Assembly (NCBI GenBank): GCA_047967505.1
Contig: CM106538.1
Reading direction: 5' to 3' (one strand)
From: Dipteris shenzhenensis
Taxonomy: Eukaryota
DNA length: 64,000 bases
Shown: piece after piece, positions 27,782 through 40,742 of the stretch
Position numbering within the stretch: the first letter of the stretch is position 1
How the letters are laid out: each line of letters begins with the position of its first letter
Notes under the pieces: generated by a model
The model's input: only the letters and a program-made list of their open reading frames with translations
Databases searched by the model: none
Told to the model about the DNA's origin: nothing
Translations under genes and position numbers: made by a program

Positions 27782-29676
27782 TGTGACATGAAGTTGGGGG
27801 TAATAAACTTCACGCACCTCTTCACTTCCTGCAGCATTCGAACTGACTGCCAAAGATACTTATCATTGAGAATGAGACATTAGAAAGAAGCTTTTATGCC
27901 AAGATACCACACCATACTTTCCTCCCTTATATGAGGATGAAGATGGTAACATCCCAAGTGATGTTGTAGTCAAGCATAGGGAGAAGGAAAGGATCAGCAG
28001 AGGCCATAATCTCAGTGAGCCGGTCTGCACCAAAGAGAAGAGCGATACGTTGTTGAAAGAAGATCTTGCGGCTCAACATGACATGAACTTATATATATTG
28101 AGGAGTTTGAAGGGGCTGATTAGGTCGGATGGGTAGATTCCGAGGAAACATTGCACCTCCTTCATAGACACTTTTATACTTAGCTCAAAACACTCTACAA
28201 ACTGTCATAAGACACAGAGGCCTATAACTTTCAGTAGAGACATGATATCAAAGATTCAAGTACACAAAGAGATGCGCCTTGAGATGGGCTTCGTGCTGAT
28301 ATAAGTTTCATTGAAAACAGACAGACGGTTAAAGAGATATGGACAGTTTACTGGAAGGGGGTAAAAACTGTCATGAAAACAGACTGTCAAACACAGAGAC
28401 TCATAACTTTTTGCAGCAGTATCTGATTCAAGATCTGATTACATAGAAACATGCGCCTTGAAGAGAGCTTCGTGCTGATATAAATTTCATTACAATCGGA
28501 CTACCGAGTAGAAAGTTATGAGCAAAACACTAACAGGGGATCAAACTGTCATGAAAACTACCCTCCACCCAGGCTAATTTCGCCTGAGCAGGATGCTCCC
28601 TCAAGACTCCACCTTCATCAACGATCCACCCCTCATAGATTTTGCCTAGAAGAGGGGAAGAAGTTTGCATAGTGGCTCGGGAAACAAATGGACCATGTGT
28701 GCACAGTGAGCAGCCGAATAGAAAGAACTTTTAAGGCTTTGAAAGAAAGAAAAGGGAAGAGACACTCAAGAGAGAGAGAGGACCTGAAGTGACCTTCATT
28801 ACAAATAGAGTGAGAATCCACCTCAACACTACAAACACAAGGGAGAAGAAGAGGTTTCATACATACAAGAGGGAGCGGAAGCTCCAAGACTACTAATAGA
28901 GAGGGAATAAACTAGAGAGAGAAGGACTCAAGAGTCTACATAAGAGAATATCTACAAGAGGAAGAGAAGGCTCATGGAAGAGGCTTTGGGAGACTAGAAC
29001 TACAGCAACATAAGGCCCAATGGTGGAAGAGATCCTGCTGAACAAGGGAGAGGAGGGCTCCTTTTATAGAGATTTTGTTACCCTCCTTCACCCATTTACA
29101 ATTGCTGCCTGTAGATTCCTTTCCCCATCAATCACATAAGCACGTATGTCACCATCCATGTCCTTTTTGGCTACTCTTGCCATGTGTCCCTTCAAAAGAT
29201 GCTCAAGACTCTTAAAATATTGAGAAAGTCAAGAGTCTCCTCACATGGAGCCCATAGGGACCCTCTCTTTTCCACATGTCCACATCCTCCTTATTCCACA
29301 TAGGAGTTCTAGAAGGATTCCTCTTGACTTCACACTCCTCCACATGCCTTCCACATGCTTGGCATGTGGCCTCTCTTATATTATTGGAACACATGGACAT
29401 GAGCCCACCTCTTTATATGACTCACTCTTTCTATCTTCTAAAAAACTCATAATATCCCATACACAAATAACTCTCACCCCATACCAAGGTATTTATAATT
29501 CATACCTATGGTATTTACAATGAGCCATTCCACTCATCCTCTCAATCCCATACAATATCATAGAAAATAGAAATAAGTGAGAGCCGCTAGGCTATCACTT
29601 GATACTCAAACCCTTATCAAACATAGAGAAAAACAATATCAATGCCAAGTTAAAAATATCAATTTTTGGCGTCACA
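27782..29676 (-). repeat. 5' LTR (1895 bp)
   Basis: tgtgacatgaagttggggg...ttggcgtcaca; near-identical to 19143-21031. Confidence 0.97.
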
Positions 29677-29931
29677 CTAGTACTTAACCTGCACGTTGCT
29701 GCGGCATGTAAAAGACATCAACTCCAATTTTTCAGTCGCTCACCTCAAACAATTGATCACATGAGGAGAGTAAACTTGATTTCATATTGTGATCATGACA
29801 ATTGTCGAATTTTGTAGTTAAGACTTTGGGAGTTATTATAAATGAATCCTTATAAACAATTACAATTCATGCCCATTTCAGAGTAGGTCAATCACCATTG
29901 ATGCCTACCTTCTCATCCTCATTATGATAGG

Positions 29932-30253
<322 letters not shown>

Positions 30254-30513
30254 ATTTGGTGACTCGCTAATAGCCTAGTTGTAACATTTCTTGCAGAGTC
30301 TGCATCATTAAAAAATGCTAGCCCCTCTAGAATAAATTGTTGAATCCTAGCCAAGGTGTCTAGCAGAAAGCTAGACAAAAATCAATCCGAGTCAACCTTT
30401 GTAAAACTCCATTTTCAAAGTTCCTTGGACTATTGTGTCTGCTTTAATTGTATAGAATTCCAAGGCATAGAATAGGCCTACCACATCGTCTTGTCCATCT
30501 TAGCCATACATTT

Positions 30514-30927
30514 CTTGAACATATCCATATTCATCTCAACTCCAGTAGTAGTGGAATAGAAATCTATCCTCTCATCCAACTCTGTGGTCTGAGCCATGGA
30601 TAAAAGGGTCCTCTTTGCCCTCTTGCAATATGGTTTGAGCCTTCTTAGAGTTCTTTTCTATACTCTTGAACTCTTGCACGAAGTGGTTCACCATTCAGAT
30701 ATCAAAATACTCACCTTGAACATATCCATATTCATGTCAACTCTAGTAATAGTGGAATAGAAATCTATCCTCTCATACAATGATCCAACTCTATGGTTTG
30801 AGCCGTGGACAAAAGGGTCCTCTTTGCCCTCTTGAAATATGGTCCGAGTCTTCTTAAAGTTCTTGTCTATTCTCTTGAACTCTTGCACGAAGTGGTTCAC
30901 CATTTAGATTTCAAAATACTTACCACC
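30514..30927. repeat. ~200-bp tandem duplication
   Basis: cttgaacatatccatattcat...gcacgaagtggttcaccatt.agat.tcaaaatact occurs at 30514 and 30715. Confidence 0.9.
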
Positions 30928-32781
30928 AGGATGTGCAATGCACAATGCAACCTATGACACAATTACCTTCCATCATCACACTATCAATTCTTTTTGTGTG
31001 GTTGCTGGTAATTATGGACCAGGGCGAGAAATCTCTCTTAATCTAAATACCTGTATCTGTAACACGAATGGGAAACTTAGATGGTGCTTTTGAATAGCCA
31101 GCAAATTGCAAACAATGCCCTTCGTTGGAAGCTGACTTCTTCCACTATGTCCCACATCCATGATCAAAAGGCAAGCGGACCCTAAAAGGTTGCATCATCG
31201 CTCACAATTATCTTGGGAGCATTGTGAAAAATGTTGTTGACTAAACTACGATCATGGGCTTCTAAGTTGTCACGAGGCCCTGGTATGATCTTGAAAGGCC
31301 AAAGCTTAATGTCGCTCTGGACATACAAAAAATATTTGACCAATCAACATCTTGACATCTGCAAATGATGGTTGGAGGGGTTTTTGGCAAGGAGGCAGAC
31401 TTGATAGTGGGAGAGAAGAGGAGCAAACTAGCTAGTAAGAGGGGGAAAAGAAGAAGGATAAAGCGTGTGGAGACGGAGTTGTGTACTTGCCTACTAACAA
31501 CTCCTTGCCTTACTACCTTTTGTCTTCCTATTACATGATTCGATTCCTTGTCATCCATTATTTTACACCATCTCAAAGAAGTATTCTATTCTCTCGACTC
31601 GCTTTGCCCATGTCCTCGTCCGGATTTGGAGCTTGAATATCAAAACTGCCAGGACCGAATGGATCAAACAAATTCTTCAAAATTGCTGATGGTGCTAGTA
31701 AAAGATAGGAACAAAGTTGGGAACAGCAGAAAAAAATAGGAAGACATCATGCTAGGTAAATGGAAGACGCAAAAGTAAAGGGAATTTTGCAAACTTATGC
31801 GTCAGTACTATGCCATCACTGTAAGTGACATCATTGGGAGCGACCCCATTGACTGCCATTTCACGAAATAGGGAGGAGTTTGATCGTGAGGTCGATGGAG
31901 GTGAAACCAAAGGAGTAGAGGGAAAGGAAGGGGTTGGAGGAGATCCGGGGGAGGAGGAAGTGCTTAAGAAAAGGTGGGCGAGCAATGAAAGGTGAAACAT
32001 TTCTCTTCCAAGAAATGAAAGGTGAAACGTTTCTCTTGGTTGCAAAAAACTCTCCAAGCAATCTTCTTGGTGACACGTGGCTCTTTTTGGTTGTCCATAG
32101 TTAATAGGTTAAAGATAAATGGAGTTCTTGCCATAAGCTTGAGGCTCCCATCACTCAATGTTGGGCACTTACACACAAAGCATTATGTGTAAAAAGGAAG
32201 AACCTACTATATATCTCATAAAGAGGATTAGGGACTTGCTCCTAGTATTTACATGACATCTAGGTTCTATCGTTGCAAATTATTTTAGCACTGGCGATCT
32301 TGCAAGTGTCGTTGTGGCCTTCATTGCAACGTTGGCAGCAACAATTGTTTGTATAATCCGCGGCAAAGCCACAACACTGGGGAGATTATCAATTACATGT
32401 CTATCGATGGTTGAAGCAAAAAACACAAATACCTCTCGCAGGATGCAGAACGTAGTTGAGAGCTCATAGTGAGTAAGAGGAGCCAAGACCTTCTTGGTTG
32501 CATGAAGCACAAACCAAAAAGATGCCAGAACTGAAAATTTAGATGCGATAGGCAATAAGAGTCCTTGAGTCCTATCTTCGGAGTTTCCTTTGGCAATAGT
32601 CATGCATCAAAAAACAACGCTCTATTGACCTACTTAACACAGGATAAAGAAATTTGGTGGAGCAGTCGCATCGAAATCAAGAAAATAGTACTTGATATTA
32701 GCTCAAGAAGCAAAAATAAAATCGTGTGGCTTCAATCAAGCGATCACCATAGATAGGGAGTCAAGGACTGAATACGCCATC

Positions 32782-33353
32782 AGGAGGAGGAGAAGGAGGG
32801 AGGAGGAGGGTGGAGGAAGAGGGAGGAGGGAGGAGGGAGGAGGAGGGTGGAGGAAGAGGGAGGAGGAGGGAGGAGGAGATGGAGGAGGAGGAGGGAGTAC
32901 AAGGGTAGGGAGTGCAAAGCGAAAGGGCATGCTAGAACATGATAGTGTAAGAGAGCATGGACACAATGGAGATCAATCACATGAACACAATAGTGAGCTT
33001 GAACACTAAACCCCAAAGAGTGGGAGCTTCATTCCATTGAGAGATATTTATACATGTTGGTCTCTACACAATCCATAGGTACCTCCATGGTGGGACCTCT
33101 TTTGTAGGAGACCTTTTGGACAAGAGTACCTCCACTTTTGGGGTGGACCTTTTGGGTCTCTACACAAAGTGGGGAAACGTCAAAAAGTGTCGGCTTTTAG
33201 TATTTCTCTCTCTAGATTTAGTCTTTCTCTCTCTAGATCCTCATTTTGTAAGTATGATTAAGATATTACAAGTGGAGCTTTGCCGCTACTCTACACACAC
33301 AATGCTCTCATTGTTGTTGTCCTAGACTACACTTCTGGCCCTTGTTGTCATAG
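32782..33353. repeat. Dispersed repeat (LTR fragment) homologous to ~7400-8075
   Basis: GGA tract followed by gggagtacaagggtag...cttctggcccttgttgtcatag is shared with the 7.4-8.1 kb region. Confidence 0.9.
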
Positions 33354-33399
33354 TCTACTGGTGGAGGTGGATGATGCCTTAAGAAATGAAGAAAAGATC

Positions 33400-33965
33400 G
33401 TGCTAAATCAAGAAGGCTAAAGAGCAGGGTATTGTGGATATCCTTAGGGGATTGTCCCACAAATTTATTCTTTCAGGCAGTCAAGAAGAAGCATGTGGTT
33501 GTTGAGATGATAGATAAAGTGATAGATGGGGAAGGTAACCTTGTCTTTGAATTTTTGTATATAGCCAAAGTGTTTTGAAAGGAGTTGTCATGCATTGTTG
33601 GGTCTGAGGGTGTTCATGATAGTGTTGGTTTGAGCAGCTTCAAGAATGCTGAGGGACTTAGATCAGAGAGTCCTAGCTTCTGAGAGAGCTGGGCTCAAAA
33701 GACCTTTTTCGAAGTAGGATCTTTGGGAGGCATTGGATTGTCTAGAAGGTGATAAATCTCCTGGCCCTGATGGTCTCACTACTAAGTTTTTTGTCTTGCA
33801 TTTTATAGTGTGTAAAAGGTGATTCTATGAAAATGGCTAACTTGGCTGTGTTGAGGGGCACCCTATCAGAGGATGTAAATGTGGGCTTAATGAAGTTGTT
33901 TTTCAAAGAGGCAAAATAGGCTGAAGGCGAGAGATTGGCGGCCAATTATCATGCTCAATACATCT
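33400..33965 (+). mobile_element. Decayed L1-type LINE ORF2 fragment
   Basis: Manual translation gives LEGDKSPGPDG and RDWRPIIMLNT, hallmark motifs at the start of LINE RT. Confidence 0.75.
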
Positions 33966-36228
33966 GTGATGTGGACTTGTGCTATCACTAGAAGAATCTG
34001 GTGTGTGGTGCTGCAGGGATAAGGAGAGTGGGTTTGATGAGCAAGTTCTCTCTAAAGACAAATTGAAGGATGGTGGTGTTGGGTGATACTAGTAGGGTGC
34101 CTTCAACCTTGGCTGCCTATTGGCAATTTGTGCATGCTGCCACAATGAAGTCATGTTTAAAGTGGGGGTGGGTGTGGGGTATAGGGAAGATGCTATGCTG
34201 GCCTTGACTAAATCTATGATGGCTGATATGAGTTAGATGGTTGAAAGGAGAGATATTTTGAATGAAATGTGTTTGAAATATCTTAGTTTGTTTTTGTGTT
34301 AGTTTTCCCTTTTTACTTATAAGGTGGAGGTCATGGTCAGTTTGCCATTTTATGACCAAATCTTGCAATCTTTTCCTTTTGTATATAGTAAAAGCCGCCT
34401 TTTTCTTGTTTATTAAAGAAGAATAAGATTTTGAGTGCTGCACACATTAGTAGAGGTGAGTAAGAGGGCTTCTACTAGCACACCTCACCCATGTAAACAC
34501 TTGTCTTAGCCTCATAGTTTTGAAGCCTAGTTTGTGCTCGCTAGCCCTTGATATTTCTACGTCATCGCGAGGGGTCGATCCAACTTCGAGCCAAGGCAAA
34601 ATGTCTACCACACGTTACTTCTAGTAGCTAAACTAGGTAACCAAGTATCTAGGAACCACAAGAGTTGAATGACCAAGTGGCGAGTCACTGGGTGGAAAGG
34701 ATTAATAGGTGGTCACCATGTAGGCAAGCGGATAATCGGTGGTAGTTAGTAGTAGATTACAAACAAAATTTGGAAGGCAATCATTATTTAGGTAGAGAAA
34801 TCGAGAGAGAATGGGGTCGAGCATTTTGAGTTTGAGTGCTTAGAACACAATGTTAGGTCAGATGCATCTGTTGCGCGGAAGGAGACAATCCCCCATCGCC
34901 TATGGGATGCCCGATTGCACAGTGGATATGGTTGGCATCCCTTAGGATTGTGGCTAGTACAGAGAGGACGATGAGAGACTTCACTTGGGGGATGGTGGCC
35001 TAGCTCCCGAAGGGATGACACGCCTTCTCAATTGAACCTGTCTCAATGTCATATAGGTTACATGGACATCAATTCTCCCAGATAGAGATCCATGATGCAT
35101 CTTAGCCCTCCCGGTCATGCCCACAGCCTCTACTGGTAGTGTTTCGGAGACAGTATGCAGTGTTACTGTTTGGAACATATGGATCGCTTGCTGTAGCCGG
35201 GTGATGGGAGGCCAATTGGTTTCTCCGACGGCTACCAGTAGCCATCTCGAAGTGGTTCGTTTGTCAATCTAGGAAATGCAGTTTATGTGAGGGAGGACAT
35301 ATTGCCGTGCTGCCTTGTTAACCCTCATTGATGTTCTTGAAGCATGGAAAGGTACCACCCATGCAACTTTCAAAAGGAAAGGTACTATCAAACATCGGTT
35401 CTCCCTCCATACTCCCCTAAAGCAATGCTACCTAAATCAATGTGCCCTCCTTTGCCAAGTCTATCGTCTGGTCCTTGAGCATGTGAACAAGCATCAGCTA
35501 TTGCAATTGGAGGCATGCAGTCAATTAGAGCTGTGGAAACGTCCATGGCTGTACTCTTAACATGCCCTCCAAGCCTTACCTCCCTTTAGAGCTAACAATC
35601 CTTTGTGAGAAGTTGCCTCCAATCTTAGAGATCCAGCGTCCGATGATAGTTTTGTTCAGATAGGGCTACTGCTACTTCACCTATAATTTCAAGGAACTTC
35701 ACTGACACTTAGAATAAGTGAGAAAGTCGGTTCACAACTAGCTACATGCTCATAAATGAAGCCTATAGTAGGCTTCAAGGGCGTATGGAGGGAGAATGGA
35801 TGTTTGAAGGGCTAGTTTTTTTAGGGTGGTTATGCATTACCCGGTGCTCCAAGCTTGGGCGGGCATGGGTAGTGTGTGGATTACACACCAAGTGGACACG
35901 ATAAAACTAACAAGTGCTCCATTTACCACACAAGCACAAGACAATGGGCTGAGAGATTTCTGATTGGATGTTGTGTTTTTTATTTCTCTTTGTTAGAGGA
36001 TTGAGCAGTCCCCCTGCTTGCCTAAGACAATGGGCGCCCCATTTCTTTTGCGACCTATTGCAGCTCACCACGTGGACGCCATGTACATGGATGCCCCTCT
36101 GTTATCTTGGGCAGTATTGGGTGTGCAAACACCTTGACACCTCAATTTACAGCTAGCAGGAAGAGCGAGTGTGCATTCGTTCATGGTGGGTGGATTGAGG
36201 TGACATGTGATTGAACCTCCAAACCTCT

Positions 36229-36260
36229 CATTAGGGAAAAAGGGAACTCATTTTGGGGCC
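36229..36260 (+). repeat. Left TIR CATTAGGGAAAAAGGGAACTCATTTTGGGGCC
   Basis: Reverse complement of 48997-49028 with 2 mismatches. Confidence 0.92.
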
Positions 36261-36629
36261 CTGTAAGAAATTCACTATTTTTTGATTTATTTCTCTCCTA
36301 AAAGACCTCAAAAATAGTAAAATATGGAAACGTGGCTCAGATTTGTCAGTAAGGACTACAGAACTGTCAATTCAAAAAGGAATAAGATAATCTTTTGTCT
36401 GACTAACACGATTTTGTATTAAATATCCTCTTAGATTTTTTTTTGTTTACCAAAGATTCCGCATCTCTTTGGCCGACGTGTGCAGGTCTTTCATTAAGAG
36501 TCCATCACTGAACTTAGTGATTGCAAGTTTTCAAAATATTCACATGGATACCGCCACACTTCCACGATTCATGTTACAAAACGACTATGAGATTGAAAAA
36601 CAAACTTCGCAACCTGAGGAGCACAAAAA

Positions 36630-39600
36630 ATGGCCGATACTAGTGAGTCACTATCTGAGAAGAAGCGATTACACCATCTTCACATCGACTTGGAAGAACA
36701 ATATGCTCCAGCACAAAAAAGACAAAAGGATACGGTGCTGAATGCTCAACAGCGGGAAAATATAAGAAGAGAAGGGCTTCAACATATTGACTTATGGTGC
36801 GACGGAAGCATATATCCAAAATGTCAAGTAAAAAACTCTACACCTCCATTTGTCAATCCCACCACATTACTGAGGTTTGCCGGCGATGGACAAAATGGAC
36901 TTCTTGGTTATATTTCAGCGCAATCTGCATTTGCGGAAACGTATAAAATGATGTACCTACAAGAAAAGGGGGCCAAGATGGAGGAGATAGCCATTCGTGC
37001 AAAATTGGAGCAGCAGTTGCAGAATGAAATCGAGGAGCATTCAAAGAGTAAAAAAGAATTGACAAGAGCAAGAAAGAAGAGAACCGTGCTTGGAGACAGA
37101 CAACGTAGTAGAAAGATTAAAAACATTGCAAATTTGAAGGCTGGGACTGGTGGATGCAAGCGACGAATTCAGGAAGCAAGGTTAGATTGAAATTTATCAT
37201 TTTGTATACTCAAAAAGGCTCTCTTCCAGACTATATCTATTTCGTTGATTGTCGCAAAATAAGAATGGAGGTGTTGAATAATATAGTCATATAATGTTGT
37301 TATTACAGGAAATTATTGGAGCCTGCAAAAGAAAATATGGACCCGAACCTTCTTCCTGTTAAACAAATGAAAGGATTGCTTTCTTGCGGTGTAGCAAAAG
37401 GTTTGATTGAGGAAAAAAAATACAAAACAGTCAAACGCAATGTTGTAGAGGACTTTGTATCCAATAATCAAGTTGATGGCACTATAATCCAAGAGGCTCT
37501 TGATGTTAGTGGAGTTAGCAGGAAGGGATATAGTTCGATTTTTCATGCGATATCCTCAACTTTAAAAGATCAAAGGATTAAACGAGTTTTACTGCCAAAT
37601 CCAGCAACCGTGTGGAGGATAAGAGGTCATTTGAATGAAAGTATAGATGAATTTATTGGGCAGTATATCCATATTGAAGAAATATTTCATGGTGTTAAAG
37701 GAACCACTGTGTATGATCCTTGGAACAATATATTTTTAGATCTGCAACAACTTCAAAAAAGAATGGTCGAGTTTTATGGAATAACATTTGAGGAGTGCAA
37801 AGGCATTTTGAAATTTGTTATCAAACTGGATGAGTGTGAGGTTGTAAAGGAAAAGAAAATGGAAAGAGTTACTATTACATTGATGAATGGAGCGATTGAT
37901 ACATCATTGACTAAAGCGAGTTCGAAGTATTTTAGTGTGCAGTCAGAGAAACACATATGGTGGTTAGGCTCGTTCCAGGTATGATCATGGGCTGTTTTAT
38001 ACTTGATTTTGGTCATTGTTTTCAAATCTGATATAGTAATACTTTTGTTTTCTATAATCTCACAGGTGAAGACCGAAGACCATGAAACACTAGATTGGGT
38101 GTTTCATCACACGGAAATACCAACAATAATCAAAAGACAAGTGCAAGGCGAGAATCTCCATGTTGCAGGAAAAGGTGATTTTCAAGTAGAGTGGCACATG
38201 GCCGGGGATCTTAAAACACTTAAGTGCATGTATAACATTAGTAAAGGAGGCAACTCAAAGTCTCCTTGTCTTTACTGCAAAGAATCAGCTCAAGTAATGG
38301 ATTCAAAATGGTGGAAGAGAGCACCTAATAGAGATAAAGTTGACCCTGACTTCAAGGCCATTCTAGACATTCCACTATGTAATGTTCACATCTGCACATT
38401 GCATGGTCTATGTCGAATTATTGAGAAATTGGTATTTTTATATATTGGATTTGCTTGGAAACTCCGTCCCAAAAAAAATAGAAAGGATGCTCTTCAAGCA
38501 TTGGAAAAAGTGTTATCCGATATAGGTCTGCATGGAGGAGATGTTCAAATCACAAAGGATTTTAAAAAGTCTACCAATGGCAAGGAGGTACCAATCAAGC
38601 CCTCTATTGGTGGTGTTAAGGCAAGAAGATTCTTGTCTCGACCCAAACACAGTAAGCAAGTAAGGCAAGGTAGAGCAGTTTCAAAGATTAATTATGGATT
38701 GTGGAAGCAAGTCCATAATGCTGTGAAAGATCATGAGGCAGATGGGGAAGCACGAAATAGGAAGGCAGAGGTGTGGAGGTCTCTTGATCAACTCTTCATG
38801 TTCTGTGACAAAGTAACATGGACAAAGAGTGATTACAAGAACTTTGAGGAGGCAATTAAACATTTTGGGAAGTCAATGAAAGACGCGTGGACAGCCTGCA
38901 ATATAACTCACTACATGGTAAGGTTCTGTCTTTTTTTTTTACTTAAGTGTGATCCTCTTTTTTTGGATGCGTCAATTTTACGAGCAAAAACCTATGAGCA
39001 GGTTTATACGAGCGTGTTTTTCAAGAGATTTTAAAAATAGTATTTCTTTAAGAAACATGGTTTTTACACTTTTATTTTCATTAGAACTAGATCCCTTTAT
39101 CATAAAATTATACAGACTAGTCACTCATTCATTTTTACATAACATAAATCTTCTTATTCATAGACATCCCTTTGTACCCTTGTTATTACCTTAAAAAAGT
39201 ATTGAAAAATAATTTATTTAAGAAACGTCCCTCATAATCACTCTCAATAAAATAATATTATACATAAATAATTACTTATTAAACATATCATATGGCAATA
39301 TCTTTCAAGTGTTTTTATAGTATTAATAACAAGATATTTATGGACATGTTTCTATAGAAGTTTAAATTACTGTAAATAAGTATTAACTTGGGCTTATATA
39401 TCACTCTCATAAAATACATGTAATATTTAATACTATATATGCAAGGTTTTCCAAAATATAACCCCATAGATGTGCTCAAATGGGGTTTTCCGATCAATTT
39501 GAGTGGCTGAATGACTATATTTGGACATTGGATGTGAAAGTTATGTCACTTTTAAAAGTGCTGTCCAAGGTAGTTTCGCCAGCGAAACTACCTTGAAAGA

Positions 39601-40418
39601 CCTTGTTCAAAGGGGTTTCGCTGGCGAAACTACCTTGATGGCTTGCTTCAATGAGTTTTCTTTGGAAAAACCCTTTCATGAAGATAGGTTGAGAGAGGTT
39701 TTTCAATGTTTTCAATGTCACCCCCTATTAAGTAAAAAGTTGTAAGAAGGATCATAAGGGAATTTTCATAGAGAAGTCTACTCTACATGTGGGTTTCTTC
39801 AAAAGCCATCCCATTATGTTCTCACCATTCCCAAAGATTCACATAAATATTCGTGTATAAAATAGGCATTCCTATAATACTTTTCATATTTCTAAGTGAA
39901 ACTATGTTTTCTTCTGATCCATTTTTGTCATATTTTTGCATAGTTGGAAGCTTTTTTTTTCCTTCGCTCGGACGCTCGGAAGATTTCGCTCGGAAAATGC
40001 TCGTCCCCTCTTTTTTTTATTACTTACTATGCATTCTTATGTCTTACAGCATATCATATACAACCACCTTCCCTATTTTGTCAAAAAGTATGGATGCCCA
40101 GCTATTTGGTCTACCCAAGGCATGGAGAAGTCTCACTACATGGCACGTAATGCATTTTTTAGACACACACAACACTATGGAGGGAGTCAGAAGGCGAATA
40201 GTCTGAAGGAAGTCTTCCAATGGTTTTACCGAGGCATACTACAAAGGCTGCATGCTAAAAGAAAAGTTGCTAGCTCCAAAATCAAGCTTGCTTTTCTTCT
40301 AGCCCAAAAGCAAAGACGAAGACAAGCTCTAGACAATTCAATTGCAGCAGAGAGACATAGACAGTGGAGGGAATCGAAGATATTTAGAAACCATAAATGG
40401 ACAAGTAAACATGAATAG
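36630..40418 (+). CDS. RAG1/Transib-like DDE transposase, 813 aa; exons 36630-37180, 37309-37978, 38066-38917, 40050-40418
   Basis: All three introns are GT-AG and in phase, with no internal stops. Motifs FVIKLD, SVQSE, EDHETL, AGDLK, CLYC, TLHGLCR, HYMHIIYNH, WSTQGMEKSH parallel the RAG1 core. Confidence 0.88.
38965..40008. mobile_element. Non-autonomous MULE-like DNA element, copy 2 (1044 bp, inverted), inside transposase intron 3
   Basis: Reverse-complement homology to 22655-23672 along its length; 9-bp TSD TCTTTTTTT (38956-38964, 40009-40017). Confidence 0.9.
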
Positions 40419-40742
40419 GACTCATTTGTAACTTATTGGGGTTATGTCCACATGTTTTCAAACTCATTCAATAGAAATTTTTTTAGTGGAACAAGTGACT
40501 CTTGGTGTTATGCATGAAAAAAATTTCAATGTGAAACATATGATCTGAACTTAATACAATTTGTTTACAATTTCAATATATTGTTAAGTTTAATATTTAA
40601 CGACACCACTCTATGTAAATGTACAAATCATTTCATCATCAACTTATTAATCATTTATACAAGATCATACCAGATATCAAAGACTTTATACAAATCAGTT
40701 CAAATTTAATATAATGTTTGTGCTATATTCGATGACTAAATC

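Larger units (their letters stand above)
19143..29676 (-). mobile_element. Full-length Tat-like Ty3/gypsy LTR retrotransposon with additional archaeal-type RNase H; coding region disrupted
   Basis: Two near-identical TG...CA LTRs, CTAG flanking both ends, PBS, PPT, and gag zinc knuckle-PR-RT-RH-aRH-INT order on minus. Confidence 0.97.

Noticed and set aside
38918-39034. C-terminal tail of the 343-aa ORF, shared with peptides near 23602-23672
   Set aside because: Read-through into the intron and the MULE-like element end, not a shared protein domain.
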